This document shows positions 48,001 through 59,486 of a stretch of DNA of 64,000 bases, in pieces. The translations under genes and the position numbers were made by a program. Each line of letters starts with the position of its first letter. The stretch's first letter is position 1. Source of the stretch: Takakia lepidozioides (taxonomy: Eukaryota > Plantae > Bryophyta). The notes below the pieces were generated by a model. That model was given only the letters and a program-made list of their open reading frames with translations. It did not search any database and was not told where the DNA came from. Where the stretch lies: positions 54,808,001 to 54,872,000 of the forward strand of contig CM060734.1 of NCBI GenBank assembly GCA_030704615.1. Reading direction: 5' to 3'.

Positions 48001-51000
48001 AATCCAGCTGTTATTGCAGACCTAGTAAGTCAGAAACTTCATGCTAATATAAGTGGTTTGGGTTCAAAGGTGTTCAAAGCCTCCACATTCTGTCAGGTTG
48101 AGGTGTATTATGATCTAGTTAACATCTACTTCTGTTAGTGAAGTGCTTCAAAGCAACTTGTACTGTTGGTAGACCGTGTGTAAGGATCAGGAGTGCAGAA
48201 GTGAAGAGACTCTGCCTAGGACAGTAGTACAAATCAGCTATATGGAAGAATGCATATTACCATCTCTCCATTAGCGAATGGTAGCTTACAGTTCATGTAG
48301 ATTTACTGAGACACTTTTATAGGTTCTTTGGATGGCTTGTTACTCAGATACTTACCTTGTGTGTGTTACTAAAAGGTGGCTGAGGATTGGTTGGTGGGTC
48401 TCGTTTTCAACAGGTTGGAGACAATGTTGGGGATTGTGCAGCTCGTGGTGCAGATTTGTTTGAAAGTATTGCGGCTGAAATAATTAGTGCAATGATTCTT
48501 GGGGGCAGTATGGCTAAACGTTGCAACCTGGAAGGTTAGTTTGCTGTCATTGCCTTGATGTTTTGCACCTAGAACTTCTAACCAACATTCGATTAATATA
48601 TTCTCCCATTGCTTTTAGGGAGCATGGGTGTGGGTTACATATAAGAAGCAAGTTGAAAGAAATTTGGTGTAGACATGATAGCTAACACTCTGCTTTGCTA
48701 ATCCTCACAGATGCATCTGGCTTCATTCTTTTTCCCCTCGTGGTTCATTCGTTCGATTTGGTAGTTTCTGCAATTGGTATCTCATCCATCAAAGGTACAC
48801 GGGATCCCAGTTCGAAATCTGTGGTTGAGGATCCAATGCTCATTCTACAGAAGGGTTATTCCATTACGCTCTGCTTGGCAGTGCTGGCCTTTGGTGGAGT
48901 AAGTTCCTTCCATTCTTGATGTCTTGTATTAGCCCACTTGTATTTATTCTTCCCTTCCTTTAGTTTCCTTCTGTTCTGCTGTGCATCAATCAGAGTTTGA
49001 CGTAACCACAGAATTGGTTTTGTTGGACACTTGTTCACTCTGGGACTGAGTAGCATGCCAGCTCCTCAAGGAAATGCATAATCGGCTGGAGTTGGGTTCA
49101 AAAATAGCTCAGGTCCTGTCTCCCTTCCTGATAGGAAGGAAAAGATGGGGAATGGATTTCTCAACATGTAAGCAATCAAAAACTCTTGATATGAGTACCT
49201 TGTCATCTCATGGGCATCCGTAATTGTGCAGTCGACAAGGTGGCTATTGTATACAGAGCAGGCACCCTCGGCGTGGATCCACTTTGCCCTTTGTGGACTG
49301 GTCGGTATCATCACTGCTTACCTCTTTGTGTGGATTTCACAATACTACACGGACTACAAGTATGAGCCTGTCCGAATGGTGGCCATCTCAAGTACAACAG
49401 GGCATGGAACCAACATCATTGCAGGTGTCTTACCTGCCTCATTGAACAGAATCTTGCAGTGAGCTATTCTCTAGAGTACCTTTGTAATGTTAGCTTCTGG
49501 TCACTTGACTCAGGCTGTAGTGCTATGACACTTCCTGGCTAGCGCGAACCTCGTTAATATCCGAATAGTAGTGTGGTCATTGCTACATCTGTCGTGTAAC
49601 CTGTCAGCGGTCATACTTGTGAAGGGAGTAGGGAAGAAGGATAGGAAAGATTGTTTTGATTTGGCAAACTCTTCTTAATTGCAGGGGTGGGGCTCGGCCT
49701 CGAGTCTACAGCAATGCCCGTGCTGGTTATTAGTGTGTCCATCATCTCAGCATACTGGCTGGGGAAGACTTCGGGACTCCAGGATAGTCAGGGTTTGCCA
49801 ACAGGAGGGCTTTTTGGAACTGCAGTGGCCACAATGGGGATGCTGAGTACTGCAGGTTACGTGTTGGCGATGGACATGTTTGGACCCATTGCTGACAATG
49901 CCGGTGGTATTGTTGAAATGAGCCAGCAGGTACGTAATACTGGTAGTAACTGTTGTCTGGAGAAAACATATGATCGCTCAGCTCTAATTTTTGGTACGTA
50001 TAAGATATACAGTTTTGGGTGCTTTAAACACCCATGATCTGTGGTTTTTCAACTAATTTTTGTAGTTTAGTATATTGGGACATTTGCTTCCAATACCTCA
50101 GTCTTTTCCTTGTCTCTCAAAAACATTTAAAGTGAATTTAAGGATGTTGCACCAAGGCTGGCATGTCATAAAATATTGTTGCCACTTCAGTGCAATCCAA
50201 GCAGGTGTCCCTGGTTGAGATTGGTATTTTCTCTGTTCAATTGCAAACCTGCAGAGGACTTCATGTAGAAGGCCACAACTCTGCGAAATAGTAATGATAC
50301 ATGTACGTCGTGTAGTTATTTGCTGTTATTTACTTACTCATTGGTTGCAGCCAGAGAGTGTCAGGGAGATCACAGACTTGCTGGATGCTGTTGGTAACAC
50401 CACAAAAGCAACAACAAAGGGGTTTGCAATTGGGTCAGCCGCCTTAGCTTCCTTCCTTCTGTTCAGCGCTTACATGGATGAGGTGTCTTCGTTCTCTGGC
50501 ATCCCTTTCACCACGGTATGAGAATCGTTGTGCAAAATTCATAACTGACATTTTCACATTGTGCTGCAAGGCATCATCATGGATAGAACTGAAGTTTCAA
50601 TCACTGCACATAAAAAAGAGCTTCAGATATTAGTCCTATTCATCTTGGGATCCTGAGTGTCCAAGTTCCTGATTAGGTCTACTTCCTTCATGTATTGCAT
50701 TTCCTTGGTTGTAGATATGACCAGTGTTGAGTGTTGGGGTTCTTGGGGAAAATGCGAAGTCCTCCTTCATTGCTAAGGACAATTTTGTTGAGCCGTTTGT
50801 AGGCTTGGATGACAGTGCATTTGCAAACACAAGCAATGAGTAGAAGGATTGAGCTTCGAACTGAATGCTATGGGATAGTTACTATCAGGCATAGTAAGGA
50901 TGGAAATGTGGCCAATTTGACTCATGAGGCATAGCCACGAGTTCTGGCTGTTGTCCACCTTCACTAAAGCATTCCATGGTGCACTCACTGTGCCACTGGT

Positions 51001-53538
51001 TTACAATCGCCCCCCTACTGCACACCTGGTTATTCCCACTATTCATGTAGGGTCTGTGCTGGGCCATTAGTTTAGATGCTATGACAGCATACTTGAGCAG
51101 TAGCACCCAGGTGATATCCTTGTCCGAAGCTAGTTGCACTTCACTACACCCTTCTTGGAACTTGAAATTGTGTTTAGAACTAAGATTTTCTCTTGATTTG
51201 GAGACAGGTGGACATTGCATTACCAGAGGTTTTTGTTGCAGGCTTGCTAGGGTCAATGCTCATCTATCTTTTTAGTGCCTGGGCTTGTGCCGCTGTTGGC
51301 CGAACTGCTCAAGAAGTCGTGAACGAAGTCCGCCGACAATTTTCTGAGCGTCCTGGTATCATGGTGAGAGGTTGCTACCTTAGTATGCTGATTATCTGTC
51401 TTTAGTGCTGTTTGTGAGTGTCCCAAAGGAAGCACTGAATGCTTCACGCCCATCGAATAACATGAGTGCTATTGTAGTAAAATTCTAGTTCTGAATGGTA
51501 GGCATTAATCTGAGATTTCATGACTGGAGTGGTTGTTTCCCCATTTTCCTTAGTGAGGTTAGTGCTCCATGGCATTTTTGTGTGGCTTCATCAATTGCCT
51601 CTTAAGGTAACAAGGGGAGTCCTTGACAGCTAGACTGTTAACCAAAGAAATGATTCTGCTAAGTGGGTGGATTACTTGACCTCCACCACAGGATAGGGAT
51701 ACAAAGAAAATGCATTACCAGTGTCTGGCAGCAATTGGCTAAGAACTTAATCTTGTTCAGTGGACCGGAAGCTCTGTGTGTCAGCTATACATAGGTGTCA
51801 AGTCAAAGCTGCAAAAGCTAAGTCATCCTTTCTGTTTGCAGACGTATCAAGAAAAGCCAGATTATGCACAGTGTGTGTCTATTGTGGCATCTGCAGCCCT
51901 CCGTGAGATGATTAAGCCTGGAGCCCTTGCTGTTATCTCCCCGATTGTCCTTGGTATGGAGATTATTCCTTCGTATTCCTCCCTCTCTGTCATTTCTAGA
52001 GGATATCTGGAAAACCCGGATCAATTCTATGTATCAAGGCAAGTCTTACTACCAACGTTAGCCCCTGACAGAGGTAAGTTCTGTCCCTTTGGTTTCCGCT
52101 CAAACTGGGCGCAGGGTCAATGGCCACAAGGCTACAGCAAACAACGTCTTATGAGTACATTCCTCTCTGTCATTTTTCCTGAAGGGAAAGTGAGCAGACT
52201 GGATCTCTGTTTCTCGCTCTCTCTCTCTCTGTTTTCTCTCTGTTTTCTCTGCATATCCTGAAGCATGTCATTTCTGTGGTAAACTCAATAACTCTGCAAC
52301 CGAGCTGCCCAGTTTGCATGTGGACAAGTGCCTCTGTTAGCAACTTAATGGCAGTTGCAGGAAATAAAGTTTTTACCTGCAGCTGAGCTGCGGGGATAAG
52401 CTAAACCCTAGTGGGTGCAAACCCCACAAAAGGTTCTGGGAGGGTCCCGTGGGGTCAATGGCTGGAAGTTATGGCAAGCCACTGTTTGCAGGGAATGGCA
52501 TGAATACATTCTCTGTTTTCTCTTGTATTTCTTGTTAATAGGCTGTCTGGGCCTCCTGTGGAAAATTCTCTGTTGTTCAGTTCCGTCTATGATTTCTGTG
52601 TTAGTTATGCGCTCTTGGCCCATAATCTCTTACGGGTATCTGTCAGGCCCAAAAAGTCCCTGGCTTCTATCTGCTCCCTTCAAATATGCACTTAGTACAC
52701 TATCTATTTGAAGTGTGGTATAATGGATGTGGGTTGGAGGTGAGAAGCTTATTACTGGAACACCAATTTCTTGTTATTTTTGTGCAAGGAAGTGCTTAAT
52801 TGGTTTCGGGTCAAGCCTACAAGCATCACATTCAAAACTCGTTGCATCTAACCTGGCTGAACCTGAAATCCTGTGATCTGGTTTGTCAGGCGTTGTGTTC
52901 AGACTGCTGGGGTCGTATACAGCCCAACCATTGTTGGGAGCAAAGGCAGTGGCTGCCATGCTGATGTTTGCAACTGTGTCGGGGATTTTGATGGCCCTCT
53001 TCCTCAACACAGCGGGGGGAGCCTGGGATAATGCCAAGAAATATATCGAGAGTGGGGCGCTTGGTGGAAAGGGTAGTGATGCCCACAAAGCTGCAATTAC
53101 TGGCGACACGTAAGCTCACTTTCCTTGTCTCTAGCTGTTTCTTTTTCATCACATCTTCCCACCAATAAAGCAGACGGTATAGTCACACGTTTTGTGTATA
53201 GTGTTAGTTGTCTTCAGAGTGGTTGAATGAAGAGGGGAGGGAGAAAGACAATGGAATCCACTGTCCTCTGTCAAATCTCAGTGATGCACCCTTATCATCA
53301 GGATGCAAGCTAAGTACTTCACCCTAGTTGCGCAGGGTGCAGGCTTTGCATCCCCCAGAGTAAGATAATCAGTCCAAATACACCACAGTAAGAGGGAGTG
53401 TTGACAGTTGTATGCGTTGTTGGACTCTGCAGGGTAGGCGATCCATTCAAGGACACGGCAGGCCCGTCACTGCATGTCCTCATTAAGATGCTTGCCACCA
53501 TCACACTAGTCATGGCACCCCTCTTCATAGAAAGCTGA
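45003..53538 (+). CDS. AVP2: Type II (K+-independent) H+-translocating pyrophosphatase, about 15 coding exons
   Basis: Spliced peptides [75 protein letters not shown] (Lys of the K+-independent class), GGAWDNAKK and [13 protein letters not shown]; stop TGA at 53536-53538. Confidence 0.95.
51996..52161 (+). mobile_element. 5'-truncated non-LTR retroelement-like insertion in an AVP2 intron
   Basis: Perfect 14-bp direct repeat CCTCTCTGTCATTT at 51982-51995 and 52162-52175; 3' end shared with 38737-38768. Confidence 0.7.
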
Positions 53539-54030
53539 GAGGCCGAGGTTATCCCCTGAGAAGTAGAACAGGCTTGCAAGAAATTTTGTAATTGTTTTGT
53601 TTCTCCTAATGATGGTAATCCTTTGATGATCAACCAGCGTAGAGTTCCTCAACTAAAGCTCCAGCAAATGGGGTGTGAGAGAAAAGTAGCCATTTCAATG
53701 GAGATACGAAGAGAATCGAAAGATATCCAGACCAGGCTTAAGCTAACCTGGACAGACAAAGAGTCATCCCTTGTAGATGCCTGGGAGGCCCTACTTATCA
53801 ATGCTCCCTCTCAGGCAACTCCATGTACCTTTGTGGCAGTCCTTGCAGAGTACCCAGCAATGAGACACATGTATTTGAGACTATCAATTGAGAAGAAAGC
53901 TCCCAATCCTAGGTCCTCAGGAGACCTACACATTTGCCCTTTCCTATTTACCCTCCGCTAATATATAGTTACCCGCGGATAAGAAGAGAATTAGGGTTGA
54001 GAAACGGCATGCTATCGTGCATCATGTTAT

Positions 54031-54079
54031 GCCACGTGCATGGCGGCCACGTGTGCCGCGTCCAGTTAAGTGCCACGTC
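54031..54079. promoter_or_regulatory. Cluster of three G-box/ABRE motifs upstream of the PSMD5-like gene
   Basis: GCCACGT at 54031, 54046 and 54072, within about 125 bp of the ATG at 54155. Confidence 0.5.
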
Positions 54080-54154
54080 AGCCCTAATGAAGGATACTGG
54101 AAAGCTGTCGAGAGGGGAGGGGAAGGGAGAGAGAGAGAAAAAGAGAGGAAGGCG

Positions 54155-55756
54155 ATGGAGGAGCTGGCGGGTGTGGATGTGCTCTTGTTGGCTGCGACTG
54201 CATCAGAGTTTGCATCGTATCCCGGCCTGCCATCGGATGCTGCAGCACAGCGCTTCTTGCAGCAATTTCCTCTTCCCGTTCTTTTGAGTGCACTTGAGAG
54301 AGGAGATGAAGCGGCAGGTTTGGAAAGTTCTGTAGTATCTTCGTTGGAGAAGATTTTCAGGAGCGGATATGGCATGGCCGTGCTTCCTCACGCGGTACAG
54401 TTTGCGAATGTCGGGTTGAATGCTAGCTCGGCATCTGTGCGTCGGTTGACGTGCGACGGCGTAGCAATATTGTTGGAGAATAGCGACAAGGATGGGGAGG
54501 CAGCAGTGCAGGCTGTGGCAGAATCACATATCGCCTCACCGTTACTCCTTGCAGTTGCGGATGCGGATGCAACCGTTGCTAAAGCGGCAACGGAGGCTTT
54601 GGTAAACCTCGCAAAGAGCCGTGCAGGTCTTGAGCTCATATTCACGGATAAAGGGGCTGGAGCGGGAAGATTGAAAGAAATGGCTTTGGATGGCCTTTCG
54701 ACTGTCCGAATGCGCACACTGTCTATGGCGGGAACTATTTTTGGTCTGTCAGAAGCGGCAGCAGCTGCCATTCAAGAATCGGGTGTCCTGAGTGTGCTGG
54801 AAATGGATCTTGATAATGATAATGATATGCTTGCGCAATTGACTGCGCTGGAGCTTCTCTGTGAACTCGCAGCAACTCCAGATGGAATAAAGTTTCTGTT
54901 GGCTGGAAACCTAATCGAACGTCTAACGTCCACTTTCGGGCACCCGAAATTGGATCCATTGGTGCGTTCAAGGGCTATGGCAGTTGCTTCTCGACTCATG
55001 TCCTTGTTTGACTCCCCCTCATCACCAATTTCCGTTTCAGAGTCTTATGGGATTGTACATGCATTGGACCAGCACTTGGAGCATCTTACAGGTGCTGAGG
55101 AGAGTGCACGTGTTGTCGATGGAAGCGAGCATGAAGCTGCTCTTGATGCTCTTTCGCAGATAGGGATGACTGTCAGAGGAGCTGAACTGCAGCTACGGGT
55201 TCCTTCTCCAGTTGCACGGCATATAACAGAAGCTGCTTTCCTTCATCGGGGGGATGGAATTCAACTTGCAGGTATACACGCATTAGCATCATTGGTAGGG
55301 TCCGAGCGTACACTGACGTCTGTGCTACTGAATGAGGATGCCGAAGCATGTCTTAAGGATCTCATCTACTCTGCCGCTGCCGAGCGATCCGCGACTCTTA
55401 CTCCCGCAGGTTTGTTCTGGTCACTGCTCCCGCAATCCCCAGAAGTGAGAGTCGCCACATATCGATTGATACAGCCTCTAGTGGCACGGACTTGGTGTCT
55501 AAGGGAACTATGTTCTCATAAGGATTTGATTGATTTCATTGTAGATCCTCGCATAGAAAATAGCAAAGGTGGGATGGATTGGCGGCACACATGCTGTGTA
55601 TCGGTGGCAACTGCACTAGCTGCTGCAGGTCAGCGAGGGGAGGTGTTCTCTACTGACGTGCTAAACAGGTTGGAAGACGCTGTACGAAAAGGTCCGTATC
55701 CGTTCAAGGAACAGAACCATGCCAGACCCATTGTGGCCACTCAGGAGCGTATGTGA
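54155..55756 (+). CDS. PSMD5: ARM/HEAT-repeat protein, 26S proteasome non-ATPase regulatory subunit 5 (S5b) homologue, intronless
   Basis: N-terminal ASEFASYPG...FLQQFPLP and C-terminal RPWCL-like RTWCL and WRHTCC...AVRKGPY match plant PSMD5-like proteins as recalled. ATG at 54155 follows a GA-rich leader; 533 aa. Confidence 0.8.
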   Translation: MEELAGVDVLLLAATASEFASYPGLPSDAAAQRFLQQFPLPVLLSALERGDEAAGLESSVVSSLEKIFRSGYGMAVLPHAVQFANVGLNASSASVRRLTCDGVAILLENSDKDGEAAVQAVAESHIASPLLLAVADADATVAKAATEALVNLAKSRAGLELIFTDKGAGAGRLKEMALDGLSTVRMRTLSMAGTIFGLSEAAAAAIQESGVLSVLEMDLDNDNDMLAQLTALELLCELAATPDGIKFLLAGNLIERLTSTFGHPKLDPLVRSRAMAVASRLMSLFDSPSSPISVSESYGIVHALDQHLEHLTGAEESARVVDGSEHEAALDALSQIGMTVRGAELQLRVPSPVARHITEAAFLHRGDGIQLAGIHALASLVGSERTLTSVLLNEDAEACLKDLIYSAAAERSATLTPAGLFWSLLPQSPEVRVATYRLIQPLVARTWCLRELCSHKDLIDFIVDPRIENSKGGMDWRHTCCVSVATALAAAGQRGEVFSTDVLNRLEDAVRKGPYPFKEQNHARPIVATQERM

Positions 55757-56132
55757 TGTGTCTCGTTTACCAGATGCTAGAGCTCTCATACTAGCATGAT
55801 GATTGTGTGATTCAACTTTCCAAATCCCAAACTCTGCTCTCCATCTCAACTGTGATGCTGACTTTTCATGGCTGTGTGGGTGCATCAACATTTTTGCTGT
55901 CATGCCTCCTTGAAACGTTTTGCTGCAGCCAAGTGGTCTGGGTGCGGAAGCATAACCCACTGGGAATCCCACCCTTAACCCCTCAAGGCCTACAGCTTTT
56001 CTCACCCTTGACTGCTGGAGTTTCCCTTACAAGACCTCCCTGCCAGTGTAGGGAATGCAATAAAGGCCATACTTGACAAGATTCTGAAGCCCAGGACAAT
56101 ATTCCATGTCGGAGGACATACCATGTTTATTC

Positions 56133-56178
56133 CAGTGTTGGTCTGGTATAGAGATTTTGTGATACCAGGCTGGTCCTG
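56133..56178 (-). mobile_element. Solo terminal fragment of the same hAT family as 27041-30431
   Basis: CAGTGTTGGTCTGGTAT...TTTTGTGATACCAGGCTGGTCCTG matches the reverse complement of the hAT right end at ~30387-30431. Confidence 0.8.
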
Positions 56179-56757
56179 CTGTACAATATTGATTTACAAG
56201 GCATAGTTCCAGAGAAATTTTGCAAGTTTTTCCCCAGACTTTTAGTATGCATCCCAACTTGGGTTGTATTGAGACGAAGGTATAAGCAATGAAGATGGGA
56301 TGAGGACTCATTCCTGCTGCTCAAGTATAATCCCTATCATGACCTCAGACTGGCCCAACCATTTGAGCTTCTTTCCATAGTTTCTCTTCTGTAAATTTGG
56401 GATGAGAGTCTGCAGGTGGAGGGAGCAGTCAGTAAAGGGGTACAGAGAGCAAACAATAGCAAGATTCAATCACCTATACATATGATGCTACTTTCCATTC
56501 TCACAGTTCTCCACTTGAGCCCAGAATTTACTGGAATCTTGGATCAAATGTTGTAATCCTTTTGTTCCAGAAAGAAAGAGTGATACAAGCTTCCACCCAC
56601 ATCACGAGTGTCTGCAATGTGCACATATGTACTGTACAGTTGACAGACTTGAGTAAACTTGCTTCATTCGGCTGTGATTGAAGACCAGCCCCGTGTTATT
56701 GAAAGAAAGCTATGATCCTCGACTGCGCTACTTACATCTACATAACTGACAATCAAG

Positions 56758-56976
56758 TTAACGAAAATGTGGCCACGCAGAGTTTGCGACTGCCTGGCAT
56801 GTGAGATGCATTAAGTTGCTCATGTCGAGGTAGTTGGCGGTCAACATGAGGTCGTGCAGTGTGGTTTCGTCCACTTGCAAGACGTATTTCTTTTGAAGCT
56901 CTTTTTGTAGTGTCTCATGCTTCAGGATGCGGTGCTTCTCCATATCCACTTTATCCAATCTGTTGATGTTCTCCAC
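56758..56976 (-). pseudogene. SKP1-like gene fragment
   Basis: LQVDETTLHDLMLTANYLDMSNLMHLTCQAVAN resembles the SKP1 motif VDQxTLFDLILAANYLxIxxLLDLTCQTVA; N- and C-termini are missing. Confidence 0.75.
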
Positions 56977-57915
56977 TTAGAACAAATCCACACATATGTA
57001 CAGAAATCCTTAAAAAATCAAATGACCATCAAAACTTTTGCAAGCCTCATCCCCAACTTCAAGTTTTGATGGTCATTTGGTTTTTTAAGGATTTCTATAC
57101 ACATGTGTGGATCTATTCCAGGTGGAGAACATCAACACATGGGAAAAATAAGAGGAGAACATCAACACATGGGAAAAATAAGAGCTGGAGAAGCACCGCA
57201 TTACGAAGCAAGAGACATTACAGGAGACCTCAGCATCTGGAATATTTGGATGATGAATCATTTCGTTTGTCACTTGAAGCGCTTCTAAATTGATTTTATA
57301 TTTGTTGCTGCAAGTTAACGTGTCCTCGTGTGGCAATCATGTCCCCCCCTACGCAACATTGATCTCGAACTTGTCGAAGATTTTCCTAGGCCACATGAAG
57401 CGCCTTCGCTTCATCTCATATTAGACCGGGACCTGTTACATAGTATGTTGAACATAGTAACAAAGTTTGAAAGCAAAAAAAAACCATTTGGATGGTCAAC
57501 AATACGATCGCCCATTGAATGATTCGATCGCACGTTGATCAAGCTCCTTTCATGGGTGCCCTACCTTGTGAAGCTCTTTTTGTAGTGTCTCCTGCTTCGT
57601 AATGCGGTGCTTCTCCATGTCCTCTTCCTGGTGACATTCTCGATCTGGAACAGATCCACACGTGTATAGAAATCGAGAATGTCAGCAGATTTGAAAAAGA
57701 AGAGCTAGAGAAGCATCGCATTATGAAGCAGAACACATTACAGAAAACATGTTCAACATTTGGATGATGAACCATTTCGTTTGTCACTTGAAGCGTTTCT
57801 GAAGTGATCTCATGTTTGTTGGTGGAAGCTAACGCGTCATCGCATACCAATCATGTCTCCCCCTAGGCCACATTGATCTTGTATTAGTCGAAGACTGTCG
57901 TAGGCCACATGAAAC
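56905..57915. repeat. Two tandem inverted-repeat (hairpin) units built from SKP1-like sequence
   Basis: Arms 56905-57037 and 57061-57222; a second hairpin at ~57577-57748; direct repeat ~57183-57400 versus ~57702-57913. Confidence 0.85.
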
Positions 57916-58527
57916 GGTTCATGTGCTACTTTTTCACAAAGGCGATGTGACACATTTGTGAAATGGTATCACATCAACCGTTTAATGTGGCCAATGCACC
58001 TCTTCCGCATTATGGCGGAAATGTTCGCCACTTGATGGCATAAACACAAATAATCTTTGATATTGCCGATGTCCATGTAGCTGATTTTTATATGAGTCGT
58101 TTTGCTACTCCCATACCAACAACATCAGGTCCACTGATACTGCCATATTCCGAATTCTGTATCAACCACGGCCCACCACGGACATAAAACCATCAACTTA
58201 GCATCAAATCTCCAATTCATTATATTTATGGTGGGCCATGGTTGATACGTTCATTTTAAAATGACAGTGTCAGAGGACTTGATGTTGGTGGCAATCGATA
58301 TGGGATAATTCGCAGCCAATCAGACCCTACACATTCCGTTTCATGGAACGGAAGGTCTATCTTCCGGAACTGAGTGCCTATGGAGCGCCACGTGTATATT
58401 TTCCGGTGCAGTACCACCTTCCGCAACAACCTTCCGGTGCAGAGGAAGACGGAGCGACACGTGGGCAAATCGGAATAGGCCCGGGCATTCCCCCTCACAT
58501 GACACCGATGACCTCCATCCGTCCATC

Positions 58528-58560
<33 letters not shown>

Positions 58561-59486
58561 CCCTTTAAAATAAAATAAAAAATCCAATGTTCAGGAATGA
58601 CCGAGTACCCGATACAGTGCGATTCAAATGACGATACTCTATATACTCCTATTTGGCGATGGATACGGGCTTGCGATGTGCATATGATCCAACGAGAATC
58701 GGAACTGAAAACCATCGGTTGCATCGGGATGATATTGAGGGCCGATCATGAACTTGCGCCTCTTTGAATCGTATCGTGTTTTGTTGTTGGCCACAAGTGC
58801 AGAACGTGTTCGTTCGTTACAAACGTTTGACGGTCGCCTGTGTCCATGGCTGGAGCGTGGATTCCCACCCTTTTGTTGCTTTCTCACCTTGCAGGGATGC
58901 TAGCGCCGGCTTGCCGAGCAACCTCGTTGTCATTCCCGTCCACAGAAAGCATGGTCCCGCTGAAGTGTTTCAATCTTCTCCTTGGGCGCTACTCTCCTTG
59001 TATACACATCCTCATCTTGTTTGCATGCTCGAGGCGCTGACGAGGAAGTTGCGCACACGCTCATACACATGTACGCGCATATCATCGTATGACAGCAGCC
59101 TATGGTGACCGATACTGGTCGTATACCCGACAAGGGGTCTTTATACGCCTGTCACCCAACGCTTCAAAAGGATTAGCAGGGAGCTTTCCGTGCAGAATCC
59201 GTGGGTGTCGATATTCATTGTCACTCTTTTACTTTTATTTTTTTTTTCCTTTTTTTAATGCTATTATTTTGTTTATGACAACACAGGTGGATGGATGGAT
59301 GAGTGGATGGACAGAGGGCGCGATTGGGAGTAATTATATTCCGAGGGAATTTTATTATCACTCTAGTTCGTTTAACTTCAGTAATAAATATTCACCAATA
59401 TATATATATATATATGGACATGCGTTTCTTCCCGCATATTTCCCTCTTCAATCTGATATTTTTGTTTCGCCGTTGTCGTCTCTTGT

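Noticed and set aside
54017-54154. N-terminal extension of the PSMD5-like ORF
   Set aside because: Starts at GTG and covers the G-boxes and GA-rich leader; similarity begins at ATG 54155.
58532-58560. Poly(T) run as a retro-insertion tail
   Set aside because: No TSD or associated retro-sequence identified.
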